Source: Lytechinus pictus
Lineage: Eukaryota
Direction of reading: 5' to 3'
Length of the DNA stretch: 64,000 nt
Assembly: GCF_037042905.1 (NCBI RefSeq)
Contig: NC_087252.1
Span: 5,954,001-6,018,000 of the forward strand
The first letter of the stretch is position 1. Every line of letters begins with the position of its first letter. The notes beneath the pieces were generated by a model. It ran no database searches. It worked only from the letters and a program-made list of their open reading frames with translations, and was not told the DNA's origin. The position numbers and the translations under genes were made by a program. Of the stretch, positions 28,480 through 42,048 are shown one piece after another.

Positions 28480-28680
28480 ATAGAGCATGGACCCTACATG
28501 GATAGAGGAAGGAAAGAGGAAGATGAATATGATCTAGGGGCTGAATAGGACGACGACGAAGACAAAAATATAAAGAAGAAGAAGAAAAAGAAGAAGAAAA
28601 AAGAAGAAAAGGAAAAAAGAAGACGGAAAAGGAGAGGAGGAGGATAAGATGAAGAAAACCAGAGACAAAATAGATTAAGA
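28480..28680 (+). repeat. Polypurine (GAA/AAAAG) tract
   Basis: Direct reading. Confidence 0.85.
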
Positions 28681-29336
28681 AATTAAATAATATATATTCA
28701 ACAAATAAGCAACCATAAGACATAAATATAGCCGAAATGAAATCAACCACCATGTAAAACAGATCTTTGTGACATATCGGTCAAAGAATTTACCAAAAGT
28801 AAAGTAAGACGCATGCATTAAGGAATTAATTACTCTTTCTCTCAACGCTTGTTTCAATGTACACTCTGCTTTTATACGGCAATAGGTTACACTCAATAGA
28901 GACTCTAGTGCTGATGATTTATTTTGAAACTAGTCACTTTCAGTGTGGCATTGCTTAACCCTTTGGCACATTGTGAATATAACAGTGTGACTTGGGTCTT
29001 TGGGAATTAGATGGAGTATTGATGGTCTATGTTTACACGCAGTACGAGGTAAACGACTTGATTGACAGGCAGTATAGACTTTGCTGTTATCCATGGCCTT
29101 CTACCTGCATGGCCAGTGAAGCACTAATCAATAAAAGAGCGCATCTTTGAGACGAGAGGCATCAGAAATGATTAATAGTTTCCTAGTGTGGTCATTCTGG
29201 GAGAGAGAGGTTAACATTCAGATGTCATCTTCATCAAGAAGGGGTATGGAATGGTTAAAGAATTCACTTAACGCTTAGTGAATACACCAAAGTGGCCAAT
29301 AGCCTTGATGCCATTGGTCGGAGCCACATTCCGTAC

Positions 29337-29450
29337 ATGATGATATGTGATGATGCGGGTAGAGGTGGTGATGATGGTGGTGATGATGATGACGATGTTG
29401 ATGATGGTGGTGGTTATGGTGAGGAGGAGGATGGTGATGATGGGATGAAT
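29337..29450 (+). repeat. Degenerate (GAT/GGT)n microsatellite
   Basis: Direct reading; explains the Asp/Gly-rich ORF 29292-29501. Confidence 0.85.
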
Positions 29451-32400
29451 ATTATTATCAAAGCTTCTAATACGTTTTGGCAAATTCCAACAAATTTTTA
29501 GCCATGTAACTTCGAGGTGTTTCCATGATGAAGAAGGAGACTGTAGTGGTTTCAAGGTACACCGTTCTTTCATGGGCATATGCTGGTCGTCAAAAGGACT
29601 ACCCGAACTCAGATTTCGGTCAGTCATTCATTCATTGCTATATGCTAGCATGGAGCTAATAGCTCTATGATGATAATGTGTATGTGCTAATAATGTGGGT
29701 GTATGTTGAGATCAAAATGGAGATGATTTAGTCTTCCTCTCCTTTTGGGTATGAAACCATTCCCAAAACATACCATGGGGAGAAGTAAGGTCAACAGGTA
29801 ATATTTATGTATCGTGATACAGGCCTGCTTCATATTTGACAAAAAAGTTTTGCATCTCATTCATATATCGGATCACATCTCACTATCTATGATTGTAAAG
29901 AAGCCTGATAGGCCCAATTAAAACGGAAAACGTGTGAAAGAAATAGAGAAATGATCATTAAACTTGAATACTCAATTTGTTTTACAAATCATTTTTCGAA
30001 TAGCTACACGACAACTGGTGATCCGTCAACTCCCCAGAGAGTGCACGGGCAAATACCGATGCATTTCTGAATCCTTTTTGCGAATACGACATATCTATTC
30101 TTCCCAGCACAGATAACTGCTCGTTGGATCCAGGAAGTGTGGATAAAGACAGTCTGAAATATTAATCGGTCTTTTCTAAAACTATCGCCATGATTGAAAG
30201 CAACCATCGTAGCGAGCGATTGACCATAATTCAGAGATGAAAGACGTGTGAAAACCCCAAAGGTGTAATTAATAGATAATGCTCATCCTCGTTAAGCTTG
30301 ACTCTGACTTGCATTTATTGGTTATGACTGCTTTTAACGGAATATTCCTTAATAAACTAGATTGGATCGTTTCATTTTATTTATTATATTGTGTAATGAT
30401 ATACATTAACATTTTGTTTACTTTGTAAATATGATATTATGAGTCTTCGGACTTGTGTCATGTAACCATTCACAATAAAACCAGAATTCAAGTTTAAAAG
30501 TTCACCAATGGGTGCGGTAACACCCAAAAGAAAGACTTTCACCGGCACATTTGTAGCAAGGATTTCATGCAGGAGGGGGAGGTAGTGTAAACCCAAAAAC
30601 TCTAAAAGGAGCGGATGAAGGAGGAATGGTTTTCACCCGCCAGCGCTAAATTTAAATTTCATTTTGCATCATCAAATATTTAATAAGGTAAAGAAAATGA
30701 ATGTAGTACCTGTATCATTTCTATTTGTTTAATTTAGTCATGGGACTTTATAACGAGGAATATGATGACTGCGAATGAAAATTTGAGTGATAAGACATTT
30801 TGCCAATAATTTCTGGTTACACTTTTGACACTCTTAATAGATCTTAATGGTACGCATAATCTTTGTAATTTGTTACTATGTTGGACAGTAGAAAATATCA
30901 TCATGCAGTCAACGTGACCACTTTAATACTTCTCAAATGTTGATGTTGGGATTTGTTCATAATTAAACCAGGACAGGCTTACATTTCTACGTTCTATATT
31001 TTCTGCATTTATACTCCAAACAATTGACTCATAGTTCAACATACTCCACAAAATTGAATCGTAGTTGATATACGAAACCAGAGTTTGTGCATTGAGGGTT
31101 TGATGTACTCCTGTGTTATAGTAAAAAAAAATATTTCATCTCTTCAAAGTTCAGGTGACCCCTGACTACATTATATGCAAACCATTTTCTTATGATCATT
31201 CATCCCGAGCCCCTCCTATCAGTTACTAACAAAATTGAAATCGAGGCTAAATGTCATGAATCCATTTCTCATAACTCAATGGAATTGGAAATTCAATGTA
31301 ATCTCTCTATTCACGAACTTTCAATATCTGTTTCCCCCAATTTCCCCGCTATGATTATTTCAAACGATCGTTCTGATTGTGACGAAAGGGCATTAGCATT
31401 TAATATATACCCCTGGATGATACACTGTAATTTACTTTCAGAATCATGCAAATATAGTCGTATATTGACTGCTGGGCAAGTAAGCGATTCATTGACCGGC
31501 ATAACACACTGATGTTCTCTCTGTTACGTTACATTAGCAGTTATGACGTAACTATTGACATAACCCGTACCTAAACCTTATCAACTGGTACTCAAGAAAT
31601 TGCCGAGAGCTTGCAATGTTATTACTACTAACCCACTTAAAGCGTAGATTAGGGCGTATTTTCAGGTGAGTAGTCATAATTAATGAACTAAAAGGTATGT
31701 AAATAACCAACCGCCTTCCACGGCATAAAGCACTTATGAAATGGAACTGTTACTTGAAAATGCCAGTCTAAATCAATTCCTCGTTTTCATAGTTCTGTCT
31801 TAATAGAATCCTGCAGACTGGTTGTGCATAATTTTGACTCATTTAGATGCCAGGGCGATATTCGATACGGTATTTTTAAAAATGTTTTCAATTTTGAAGA
31901 GTAGTAAACTTAACAAAAGAATAGAGTAACAGGCCTACAAAACATTTTATAACATTCTCTTGCATATTGATTAAAAATATTACTTGACAAGTACATTGTA
32001 CTCAATTTCAAGAAGAAAAAAAAGATGTACAAAAATAAACACAGGGATGACTAGATTATCCTCATACATTTAGAGATATCTGGAAGCAATATTAATTTGG
32101 ACAATCTTCCATCCCCTCATATCTTTCTCCCTGCCCCCCCCCCCCTTCCGCCACTCCTTGTCTTTGCCTTTATTTCCCTCTTTATATACTCTCTCTGTCA
32201 CACACACACACAGTTTATTCAAACCAAGATTTCATTTATCTCTAACTCTCTCTGTCTTCCTCTTTCTCTCTCTTTATCAAGCACTTACACTCTGACCCCT
32301 CTCACTCAACCCGTTCTATCACCGGTCCTCGTCTGATGAAGTAAACTGGAAAAAAAACAGGGCATTGCCCTCAGGAAATTCGGTAAGGCTTTGTCTCAAA

Positions 32401-34286
32401 CAGAGGTTTACAAATGTAAAGTACAGATTAATGACAGGGGGGGGGGGCAAACATAAAACATTGGTATTAGGAATTCAAGAAGAGGGTGATTTAATCTGCA
32501 AAATAAACATGCTAAATCAAATAAACATAATTAATATCTAATCTGTCGAACGTGCGTTTACCATGTCTATCGGATAAAAAGGCAGCATTTTCAGAATAAT
32601 ATTTTTTTCTTTTTGCATTCTCACATTCATAGTCCATGCTTATGTTGTCGCATGTACTGTTCAATACAATTTCGTCTCATTTAGAACATCGCTTAGCCAT
32701 TCACAATTCCTTGATAAAAGTTTACTTGGCAATGAAATTCCATGAGTGGTCCTCATCATTATCAGCAATATGAAACCCCTCTTTTCCCCGCCATTTGTTA
32801 TATTGAAGATGGTGTATGGAGGCAGATGAATAGTGAAATGTAATATTGCCTGGGTTCATTCACTTAGTGTATGGAGCGGGATGACCTTTTCATTCCATGA
32901 GATAACTTGGAATAAAACAGACAAGAAGCAGAGGAATGTCGGTCATGATTTTAAGAAATTCATCCTGGGCAGCTTTGGATTAAAGACATAATCCCACTTA
33001 TCAACGCGTGGATGAAAGGAAAAAATAAGCTGAACAAATCTTGAAGATATGATAAATGCCTCCTTTTTGTTACACATTGATACTTGTTAATAATTTTTGG
33101 AATCATTCTTTTTAAATAGTCTAAATCTATATATACACAAATTATAGCAGTAGGCCTATATATTGCGTTCATTTTTTTTTTTCTCACTTAACTTCCTTTT
33201 TTGTATAGGCTAATTGACATCGCAGCTTTTCGTAACATTCATGTAGCTTTATTATACTGAACAGCTACAGACACCCAGCCAACACTCCGATACAACCATG
33301 CACAAATATATTCAAGTTTGAAATTTCTTTATAATTACACTTCTTGAATTTATCACTATGCATACGGACTAAGATGTGCAAGACATGCAAGACGCAACAG
33401 CTTCAGCAAAAAAATGAGTATCACGCGACACAAGAGTACTTATGACCTGCTTAAGGAGAAACAAAAGCGAAAAGGGGAAATGATTACTCCTGATGTTCGT
33501 CAGAAATCTACTTTCACTTTAAGTAAAACTCGGTCTCATATTCCCGATCTTTTGTAGCGGTGTTTTCTCATCAGTTGGGTTTTAGGGAAAACCAGCACAT
33601 AATATCCTCATAATACACCGCCCGTAGCACCAATCAAGGGCTAGTTTAGGGCAAATATTGTTCCGAAAATTGTGCCTGGCGTCCTAAATGCGGGTTTATC
33701 TGAGTAGGGGATTTGTTCCTCATCTTACGCATTTCTCTTAACGAGCCAAACATGCGGAAAGCTCCCGCGATGGAATACATAAGCTAAGAATGAAGCTAGA
33801 TCAAGTTCTGATTTCTTACATGCCAGCAAAAAGGGGAATCATGCTTCTTGGGATACAAATGGTCGTTTAATCTATTACAAGTATACCCATATGACACTAA
33901 GAAGAGATTATGTAAATCAGTAAATCTCTCCCCTTCTTGAACCTAAACAGGAATTACTCTTAATACGTGGCATCTATAATTATACTTTCATCCCTAGAAT
34001 CAAATCTATGTGCATTAACAGAAAAAAATACTTAAACTTAAGCTTTGAGTCGAAATGGTGGTAAAACTTGGATACGATGTCGATATACACTGATGAACAT
34101 GATAGCAGGGGAAAAGGTATGGCGTACTGACAAAATAGGCGGTGGCAAGCAGTAAATTTCGCCCCTTTCCAAATATTGCATTCTCTCTATAATCGTCCTT
34201 CAGTTTGCAGCTAGACCATGTAGACAGCAAGTTATCCTTCTCTTTCTCTCATTTACCTTCTCCCCTCTTTGTCATATGTTTAATTT

Positions 34287-34787
34287 GGTTACACTTCGTA
34301 ATTCCGAAGGTTCTTTATTCCGAAGGTTCGTAATTCCGAAACACGTAAATTGCCTATACCTCGATGTTCGTTAATCCGAAAACGTAAAAGGGTTCGTTAA
34401 TCCGAACATTTGTGTCGTTATTCCGAAGGTTCGATAATCCGAAAACGAAATAAGGTTCGATGTTCCGAAGGTTCGTTAATCCGAAAACGAAATAAGGTTC
34501 GTTGTTCCGAAGGTTCGTTAGTCCGAAAACGAAATAAGGTTAGTTAATCATTTAGTTTTCGGACTAACGAACCTTCGGAATTACGAACCTCATTTCTTTT
34601 TCGGATTAACGAACCTTCGGAATTACGAACCTCACTTCGTTTTCGGACTAACAAACCTTCGGAATTACGAACCTCATTTCGTTTTCGGACTAACTAACCT
34701 TCGGAATGAAGAACCTTCGGAAATACGAACCTTCGGAATATCCGAACCTTCGGAATAACGAAGCTTCGGAATTACGAATGTATGCGG
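34287..34787. mobile_element. Foldback-type element with modular tandem-repeat arms
   Basis: 16-bp core TTCGTAATTCCGAAGG and a 42-bp higher-order unit run forward to ~34549, then reverse-complemented to the end. TAATTT flanks both sides (34281-86, 34788-93). Confidence 0.85.
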
Positions 34788-36057
34788 TAATTTAACCGAA
34801 ACAAGTTTTTCGTTGTGAGTCGCTTAAAATCGCACCCGGGGCACGGAGCCTTCATATAGCCCTCCCACGCTTTAGATACGCCGACAAGAATAAATTAATT
34901 TGCACTGTTACAAGTGGGATATGCTTCCCAATGGAATATTGCATGGGAAAGCCACTTTAAATTCATGTTGGTTTTAATACAGGCGGAAAGTGGAAAAGGG
35001 ACATTAGACTGGATTGAAAATGCAGACAGTGCAGACATAAATTCCAATTAACAAGAACTATTATAGGCAATTATCCTCCCATTGCTGCAATTTACAAATG
35101 CATTGAACATTCACCAGTCGTTAATACAGCGTCACATAAAATTATAAGTAATGGCAAAATGGCATGTGAAGGCATTTAGAACAATTTTCAAATTAACGAA
35201 TGTATTAAAAATTTATTATGGCATTATAGGAAATATAAGTGATGAGAGGAAATCATATTTAAACGCTTAGAAACTGTGACGAAAACTGAACATTAAAGTC
35301 AATATAATTTTTCTTTACGTTTTCTTATATTTTATGAAGCACAAACTGAGTAGCTAATATAATTCTGCTATGAAATTTACAGATCGGCTTTACAAATCTA
35401 AATAGAAAAAAAAAACTAATTTTAGCAAGATATTGCGAAGACATAAAAATATCCACTGGCAATTCCTTTCATATAAATTGGCTTTTAACAAAGCCTTAAC
35501 GAACATACGATTGTAAAAAAAACGAAAGATACAGACCAAAATATTCTGGTACACGTTATTATTTGTAAGAATAACAATAACTTAACTGTCTTCTCATATG
35601 AAATAAGAGGAAATTTTATATTCAAACACTGACGTCAGTGAAACGACTGCAATAGCATACTACTATACACCACCATACCATTAGATAGCATTCTCTACCG
35701 TCCTTACCATTAGATTTCATTTCGACCCCATTTTCATCTTGACACCTTACGATGAAGCGTAATTAAATAGCATTTGTCTCTTTCAATTGCCCATGCGCCC
35801 TCGGGCTACTATTCCATTGCGCCGTATCTCTATGAAATAGTATGCTCCTCACGGCTTCAAGATTAATCCTTCGCTTTCGTTCATTGAAGCTACATCGGGC
35901 ATGCACGTTCGTGCGGGCGTAAAATATTAAATAAAATGCTTTAAATATTAAGTCAGGTATAGGAAGAGCAAGGTTTACTGCTTAATATATTCTTACAAAA
36001 GGTATGTGACTGTCCATGAATCGCATGTTGTTTCCATCTAAAAAGAAAACGATCGTA

Positions 36058-36222
36058 CAGAAGTAGAAGAAGATGATGATGAAGAGGAAGAGGGAGAAGA
36101 AAAAGAACAAAGGAGAGGAAGTGGAAAAAGGGGGAGAATAAGAAGAAGGAGAAAATAAAGAAGCAGAACAGCAATAACATGAAGAAGATGAGAAGAAGAA
36201 CAAGAAGAAGAAGAAGGAAAAT
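36058..36222 (+). repeat. Polypurine (GAA)n-rich tract
   Basis: Direct reading. Confidence 0.85.
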
Positions 36223-36300
36223 AATTTCTTCATAAAACGCAGTTGCAGAATTAATTTACCGTCAATATTTTTTTATGAATTCCATCTTTCATTTGAATTG

Positions 36301-36390
36301 AATAATAATAATAATAATAATGTGTCCATTTATATAGCGCAGTTACTATGTGCATATACTCAACTGCGCTTTGATACTTGGTATCATATT
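36301..36390 (-). mobile_element. L2-type LINE/SINE 3' tail
   Basis: Minus strand AAAGCGCAGTT...AACTGCGCTATATAAAT (9-bp stem) followed by (ATT)n; same architecture as the tail of the 46054-46390 L2 fragment. Confidence 0.7.
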
Positions 36391-36880
36391 ACACATGAAA
36401 AGAAATATGTCAAAATTCATCAGGTTTACGAATTTTATGATAACTTGTATAAAATATCGTTGTTTTATGTTATTCCACATTTTCGTGGGCAAAATGAATG
36501 GAGGTTTACTCCGCCCTCCTTTTTAAGCTGCAGTGTCATTTGTCGGCATAATACTAAATTGCCTTACGACCTTCACAATGCATTGGGAAAAAATATTATG
36601 TCATACAATTAAAAAAATGACCCCTTTTCTGATGTTTCTGGCTTCCCATTTCTAACGTACATCATATGGAAACAAATATTAGATATAATTTCATCCATAA
36701 CCAATACTTTCTCTTATCTCAAGTGTGTGCCTTAAGTGAATCATATTGCACCTGGTAGGTAGTGGGTCTCTACTCGTGAAATTATTGATCTATTCCACTC
36801 ATATAAAACTTAATGAAATACGAGTGATGCGCCTGCATGAGAGCACCTTGGAGCGTGCGGCTTACCAATGGCCGCATTTA

Positions 36881-37822
36881 CAGTGCGTATCAAAAAAAGT
36901 TTACACTTTGAAAAAGCCCTGGGAATTAAAAAGTATACAACATGTGGGTAATTTTTCACATATAATCTTGGGTTTGGGTCTCATTTATCTAATGAAAGTA
37001 AAAGTTTTGACAGAATGCTACACTTGAGTGAGCACTGTCCATTTTTGTAAAGCTCGCAGAAATCTGTTTGCGCAGAAATGCTCGTTTTCTCGCTGTGTCA
37101 AGGAGAAAGGGCGACATCAAACTCACCCTGCGAAACATCTCTCATACATTTCCCTTTTTTTAGTCAATTGAATTAAAATGGATACATTCAAGCATTTTGT
37201 AACAACTTTGCCACCCATATTGAAATGTCAACACTTAGCAAGCACAACCTTTACCCTTTTTACGCCAGCTGGATTTGAGGACATAATTAAATCTGAACAA
37301 AAGTCTATATCAGACATCTCCAGCATTTTTTATCATTTAAAGTGGGTTTACATTTCATTTTTCATTTGTACTTGTTTCTCCAAATTTTTCCAAGCTTGAC
37401 AATGATTAACAAAATGAAAATGAAGTCTAAGCAATTTCATGTAAATCACAGCTCAGTGTAAAGCAAATGTCGTCACGATGGCCTCGGTGTGTGAGGAAGT
37501 GGGGTGGGGAACAATGCATTCTTCGAAGTTTTTGGGCAAGGAAACAAGTTAAAAAGGGTAAAAGATATCTTCAAATAAATTTTACTAGCTAAATTTTACA
37601 TGTTCTTCATGATTAAGGTCTACTTGTATTCGCATAACTATTTTAAAGTTCTGCGCAAATCATTTTTCACTAACTTTTCAAAAGTAAGTGGTGCTCACTC
37701 AAGCGGAAATATCTTTCAACAGTTATATCGTCATTTGCTTAAATGGATCTGTGCCAATATTAAAATGTGGAAAAATCTTCAAGATATTACAAAAAAATAT
37801 TACATTTTTTTTATACGCACTG
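36881..37822 (+). mobile_element. Non-autonomous Tc1/mariner-type element, copy 2 (942 bp)
   Basis: Same TIR as copy 1; TA on both sides (36879-80, 37823-24); inner part of the right TIR deleted; same orientation as 19711-20655. Confidence 0.93.
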
Positions 37823-38436
37823 TATAAATACATGTTTTATTTGATATCTACTTTAATTTTCCTTATGTCATTTTTAACTACTGATATACAATACATCAAT
37901 TGTTTCTTATTAGTTTTGATTGTGTTCATTTATTCCCTTTGCTCCCTTTTGATTCAATAATTACCAATGCATTTCATCTATTCATCTCTCTATGTGTCTA
38001 TTCTTTATCATTAGAAAACATTTAATCATATACTTATTCACTTTGTTATCAATTTACCTAGCAAGTCATTAAGCTTTTCTTCATTTGCATCCATACATCT
38101 TATATCATTTATTTCCCAATCCCCTTTTTTCCTAAATTGTACGAGAGGATTTACATGCCTTATAAATGCATCATGGCAATATACAATAGCTTTTTTATTA
38201 TTATACATGGCCAATGTGTCACTTCCTTTAAATTGTCTTGTCTCTTGCGTCAGAAAATTAGTATGTAATTACTTGTTTATGTTGGAATACTCCTTATGGT
38301 GACTATCATAGTAAGTATCATTATCCTAGTTTGCAATATTATAAAAACAAGTAATTATGCCAATGTTATTTTGAAATAAGAAAAGAATATATATTTTCGA
38401 ACTAAACAAAATAAATATTCAACTCATTTAAGTACA

Positions 38437-38502
38437 TTAACAATATCAAGACACGCATAATATATAAATATATATATTATGCGCGTATCTTGATATTGTT
38501 AA
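38437..38502. repeat. 66-bp near-perfect palindrome with TA-rich centre
   Basis: TTAACAATATCAAGACACGCATAATATATA...TATATATTATGCGCGTATCTTGATATTGTTAA. Confidence 0.9.
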
Positions 38503-40802
38503 CACAAAATTATCTATCCCTTTTTTTTATTAGGTGATTAACTTTTGAGAGAATAATTATGTGAAGAAAGGGGGAAATGGGCAAGCATGATTTCATTGAT
38601 TTTTATTTTATAAATATGTAATTCATTTTTGCTATTTAAGGCGTGCCTCATCTGAATCTCAACAACATTTCACCAATATCGGTTCGTGCATCGTAATGTT
38701 ACCCATGACCTCGTGGTGGAACTATGTCGGCTCAATGAGTGAGCATTACTGACCTACGCGTCGGCAAAAGGAAGCAAACGACAAAATCAGATTAAAGTGG
38801 CTGGCCAAATACTGTCCTTGAACCCCGAAGTTTAAATAAGCGTAAGAACCCGACTAGGGAGACCTAAGCACGCAGTTATTATGACTATGGCGTTACTTGC
38901 ATGTTGGTAGAATATTGGTGATTGCAGTGCTTGAATACTGCTAAGAAGTGTAAACATATATACGTAGGTAAGAAATTAGTTGATAGATGTGATTTGTGTT
39001 CCGAGTTACCAACTTGGTAGTAGTTGTTATTAGACATTCATTTATTCATTAACAAGATGAAATTAAAATCATATCAGATCAGCAAACATGTTTTATCGAC
39101 ATAATGTGAACATAATTATACAATACAGAAATCTAATTCTTTCCATTTTGTAATCCCTTTTAAATCATCGAACTGATATGAATATAAATGGAAATATCAA
39201 TTTGAACATGTTGAAATGGTAAACATGGGTCCAGGTCAACAATAAGATATGAGTATTTTGTATTACTACATCGAAATGGCTTCGTACCACGGTCGTGCAT
39301 GTATGATTACTAGAACATCACTTTCCCCAATAACATAAATGTGTTATCCGTGTGTGTTAAAAGTTTATATCTGTGTGTTAAAAGAACTGCTACTTTGTCA
39401 CTTACTCCCTTCTTACAATTGTCTTGGCGGATAAGACTGACAATGGTCACTACTCAATTACTGTAACTTGATACTCTGATGATAAGACGAGGAGGAACGA
39501 TTGGATGCAGCATGCCGAAGCCTTGGGACTCATTTCTAAGCTACTAGATTGTAGATAGAGATAGTACATTCTGAGTGCTCCTTCGCAATGTGTAAAAATT
39601 CAGCGCAGAAATTATCTTCTTCTGAAATACCTTTCCCCATATGCATACTAGACACAATGCAATCATGTTAAATACATGTGGGATATCGCTATGGTCTTGG
39701 GTTGGAGGGGGGGGGGGGCTTCAAATTTGAAATAAAAAGGTGGATTCGAACAGAAAATATTAAAATACTTTAAAGTTTAATTGCTAAATACATTTTTCAG
39801 GTACCAACGGGGCTAATGTAGAGAATAAGACGAATAAAAAACATTTTTTAATGTTTATTTTTCAGTTTTAATAATATTTTGCTCCTTAACAAGCACTATA
39901 CATAAAGAATGAAAAGATTTATAAAGAGTAATTACTATTAATGAACCCTAAAACAGAGAATAGATCAACACATGCATGACATAGATGCAAAACCATGTCC
40001 TAGAAATCCGGGAGTAAGTTCATTATTTTAAGACAGGGAGTGGTCCCTTATTTGGGCTAAAACCTCCCAAGTAGCACGGTTGGCGCAAAAAGTTTCATAA
40101 AATGCGACCCTGTTTAGTACTGTGAGTTTGGAAACGGCATGAAACTGGGGGAGGTGAGCGTTGTACTTCTCCGAGGAATTGCATGATGCATATTTAATTC
40201 AATAGTGCTATTAATATTATAGAGAACGTGGAGGCAGGTGCAGTTTCTACCTTGGCTATTTTTTCAATCCCGGAAGGATTATTTTAAAGGAAATAAAATC
40301 ACAACAGACGGATGTGGAAAACCCGGTTTGTCCAGCAAAGTTCAAAAGTCGGTTTGACCGACTTGTTTGTGTTAACTTCGTTTGTGCGTTCGATTAAGAT
40401 GCTATGTTAACATTCTGTGTCTTCCTTGTTCTTATTCGGGAGATGTCTTTTCAGACACAATAAAAACAGAGGTAAAAATAGATAAATGAACGGAAAGGCG
40501 AATGGGATATAGAGGCATATGGATAAAGAAGGCGTGGGTGAGTGGGTTATTGTATAGGGTCGCATATGTGCGTGCGCGCGTGAGGAGTGATATGTGAAAG
40601 GGTGAGTTTGTGTGTGTGTGGAAGAAATGCAGGGTGCGTGTGTGTATCTGTGGGAAGGTTTGTGCATGAGTATTTGTGTCTTGGTCTGTGAGTTTGAGGG
40701 GAGTGATACAATGACAGATATGAAGAATTACAAACGAAATAAATGAAATATCAGTTGCGATGTTGCAGTATTGCGATTGCACAAAAGCCATACTATATAG
40801 AG

Positions 40803-42048
40803 CAGCCATTCTCAATTACTTTTTTTGAAGCGCCACATTTCATGTTGAGAATCTGTAATGCTCCACTGTCCATTGCGCAAACCAGCAATGTATCAGCGGA
40901 GGGGGTTCAGAGGCCCCTGGTGGGGGTCGAGGGGGCAGAGCCCCCAGACGTTTTGGAATATGAGGCCTTTTAAATTGCCCAGAGGGGCTCTAATTAATAT
41001 CAACAGAAGAAATACAAATGCCAACAAACTACACAATATCAATATTAAAAGAAAAATGACCAGTGACTTTTTCACAACATACCAATGATACCACTAGTTC
41101 AGACTGTTCTGCCCCAGATATATTGGCTGAAGCAAGTGGCGTAATGAGTAAAAAAAAAAATGAGGGGGCTAGATATGGCAGCTGAAGCAAAAATATTGAA
41201 CTTTGCAATACAAATATCTATATTTTGACATAATATTAAGAAAATAATACAATATTCCATTCTTTCCCTTTCCTTTTCTTTCCCTTTCTCCTTTTTTTTC
41301 TTGGCCATGAAACACTTGGGCCCCCCAATCGTCACCCCCATCTGTACGCCAGTGGTTGAAGCTACGTTCCCCGATTTTGCAAGGGCTGAAAATTAGGCGT
41401 TGCACTGCACTAACGCCCCAACTGCCCCTCTCTCTCTATAACTCACGTGCAGTATCATTCATTCAGTTCATGTTAAGCAAGAGTGCATGCAGGCAATCAC
41501 GGCAGACAATGCATCTGAGCATACATTTATTTCACTTTTACAACATCGGATTTTAATCGGCTTCAGAAACAAAGTTTCTGCTTGTTATGTCCCAAATTCA
41601 TAATCTTTTATGATCAGGATGTTCTTTGAATATCATATCATTTGATGTTTAACTCTTAACCAAAACGTATACTCTGGAAATGCAAAATTTCTCGCCGTTG
41701 AAATAGAAATCCTACAAACGGGGTTTTCAAATCACTTGTGCGGCACAAAAACTTTGTACAGCGTAGAATAAATAAAAAAGAGAACACCATCGATCCTCCA
41801 TAATAGGGGTTATCGAGTGCTAAATTGGACAGAATTTGAGGAAATCAATTAGCAATTAAGTGTCAAGTAAAGAGTTTTTGTTTTCTCTTTGTATTAAAAT
41901 GATCACCAAAACCTTATTGCCAGGTTACTGGTAGATACATTTTTTCTCCCTTATTTTTCCTTTATTTTTTTATACCGGCTCCCAAGCGCCACTCCGCAAG
42001 GCTCGGTGCGCCACAAGTGGCGCGCGCGCCACCTATTGAGAACCCCTG
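40803..42048. mobile_element. Non-autonomous hAT (Charlie-like) element with perfect 8-bp TSD
   Basis: ATATAGAG on both sides (40795-40802, 42049-42056); termini CAGCCATTCTCAAT / ATTGAGAACCCCTG (11/14); subterminal GCGCCAC motifs at both ends. Confidence 0.85.
41134..41354. mobile_element. hAT-type MITE nested in the 40803-42048 element
   Basis: Termini AAGTGGCGTA / TACGCCAGTG; 8-bp TSD GCTGAAGC (41126-33) / GTTGAAGC (41355-62), 7/8 match. Confidence 0.8.

Noticed and set aside
28905..28940. Hammerhead-like CTGATGA...GAAACTAGTC
   Set aside because: No helix II pairing (TTTATTTT) and helix I is out of register.
34287..34787. CRISPR-like array
   Set aside because: No unique spacers, units flip orientation mid-array, no cas genes, eukaryotic context.
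41718..41730. Alternative left TIR for the hAT end at 42048
   Set aside because: No matching TSD; the 40803 terminus has a perfect 8-bp TSD.
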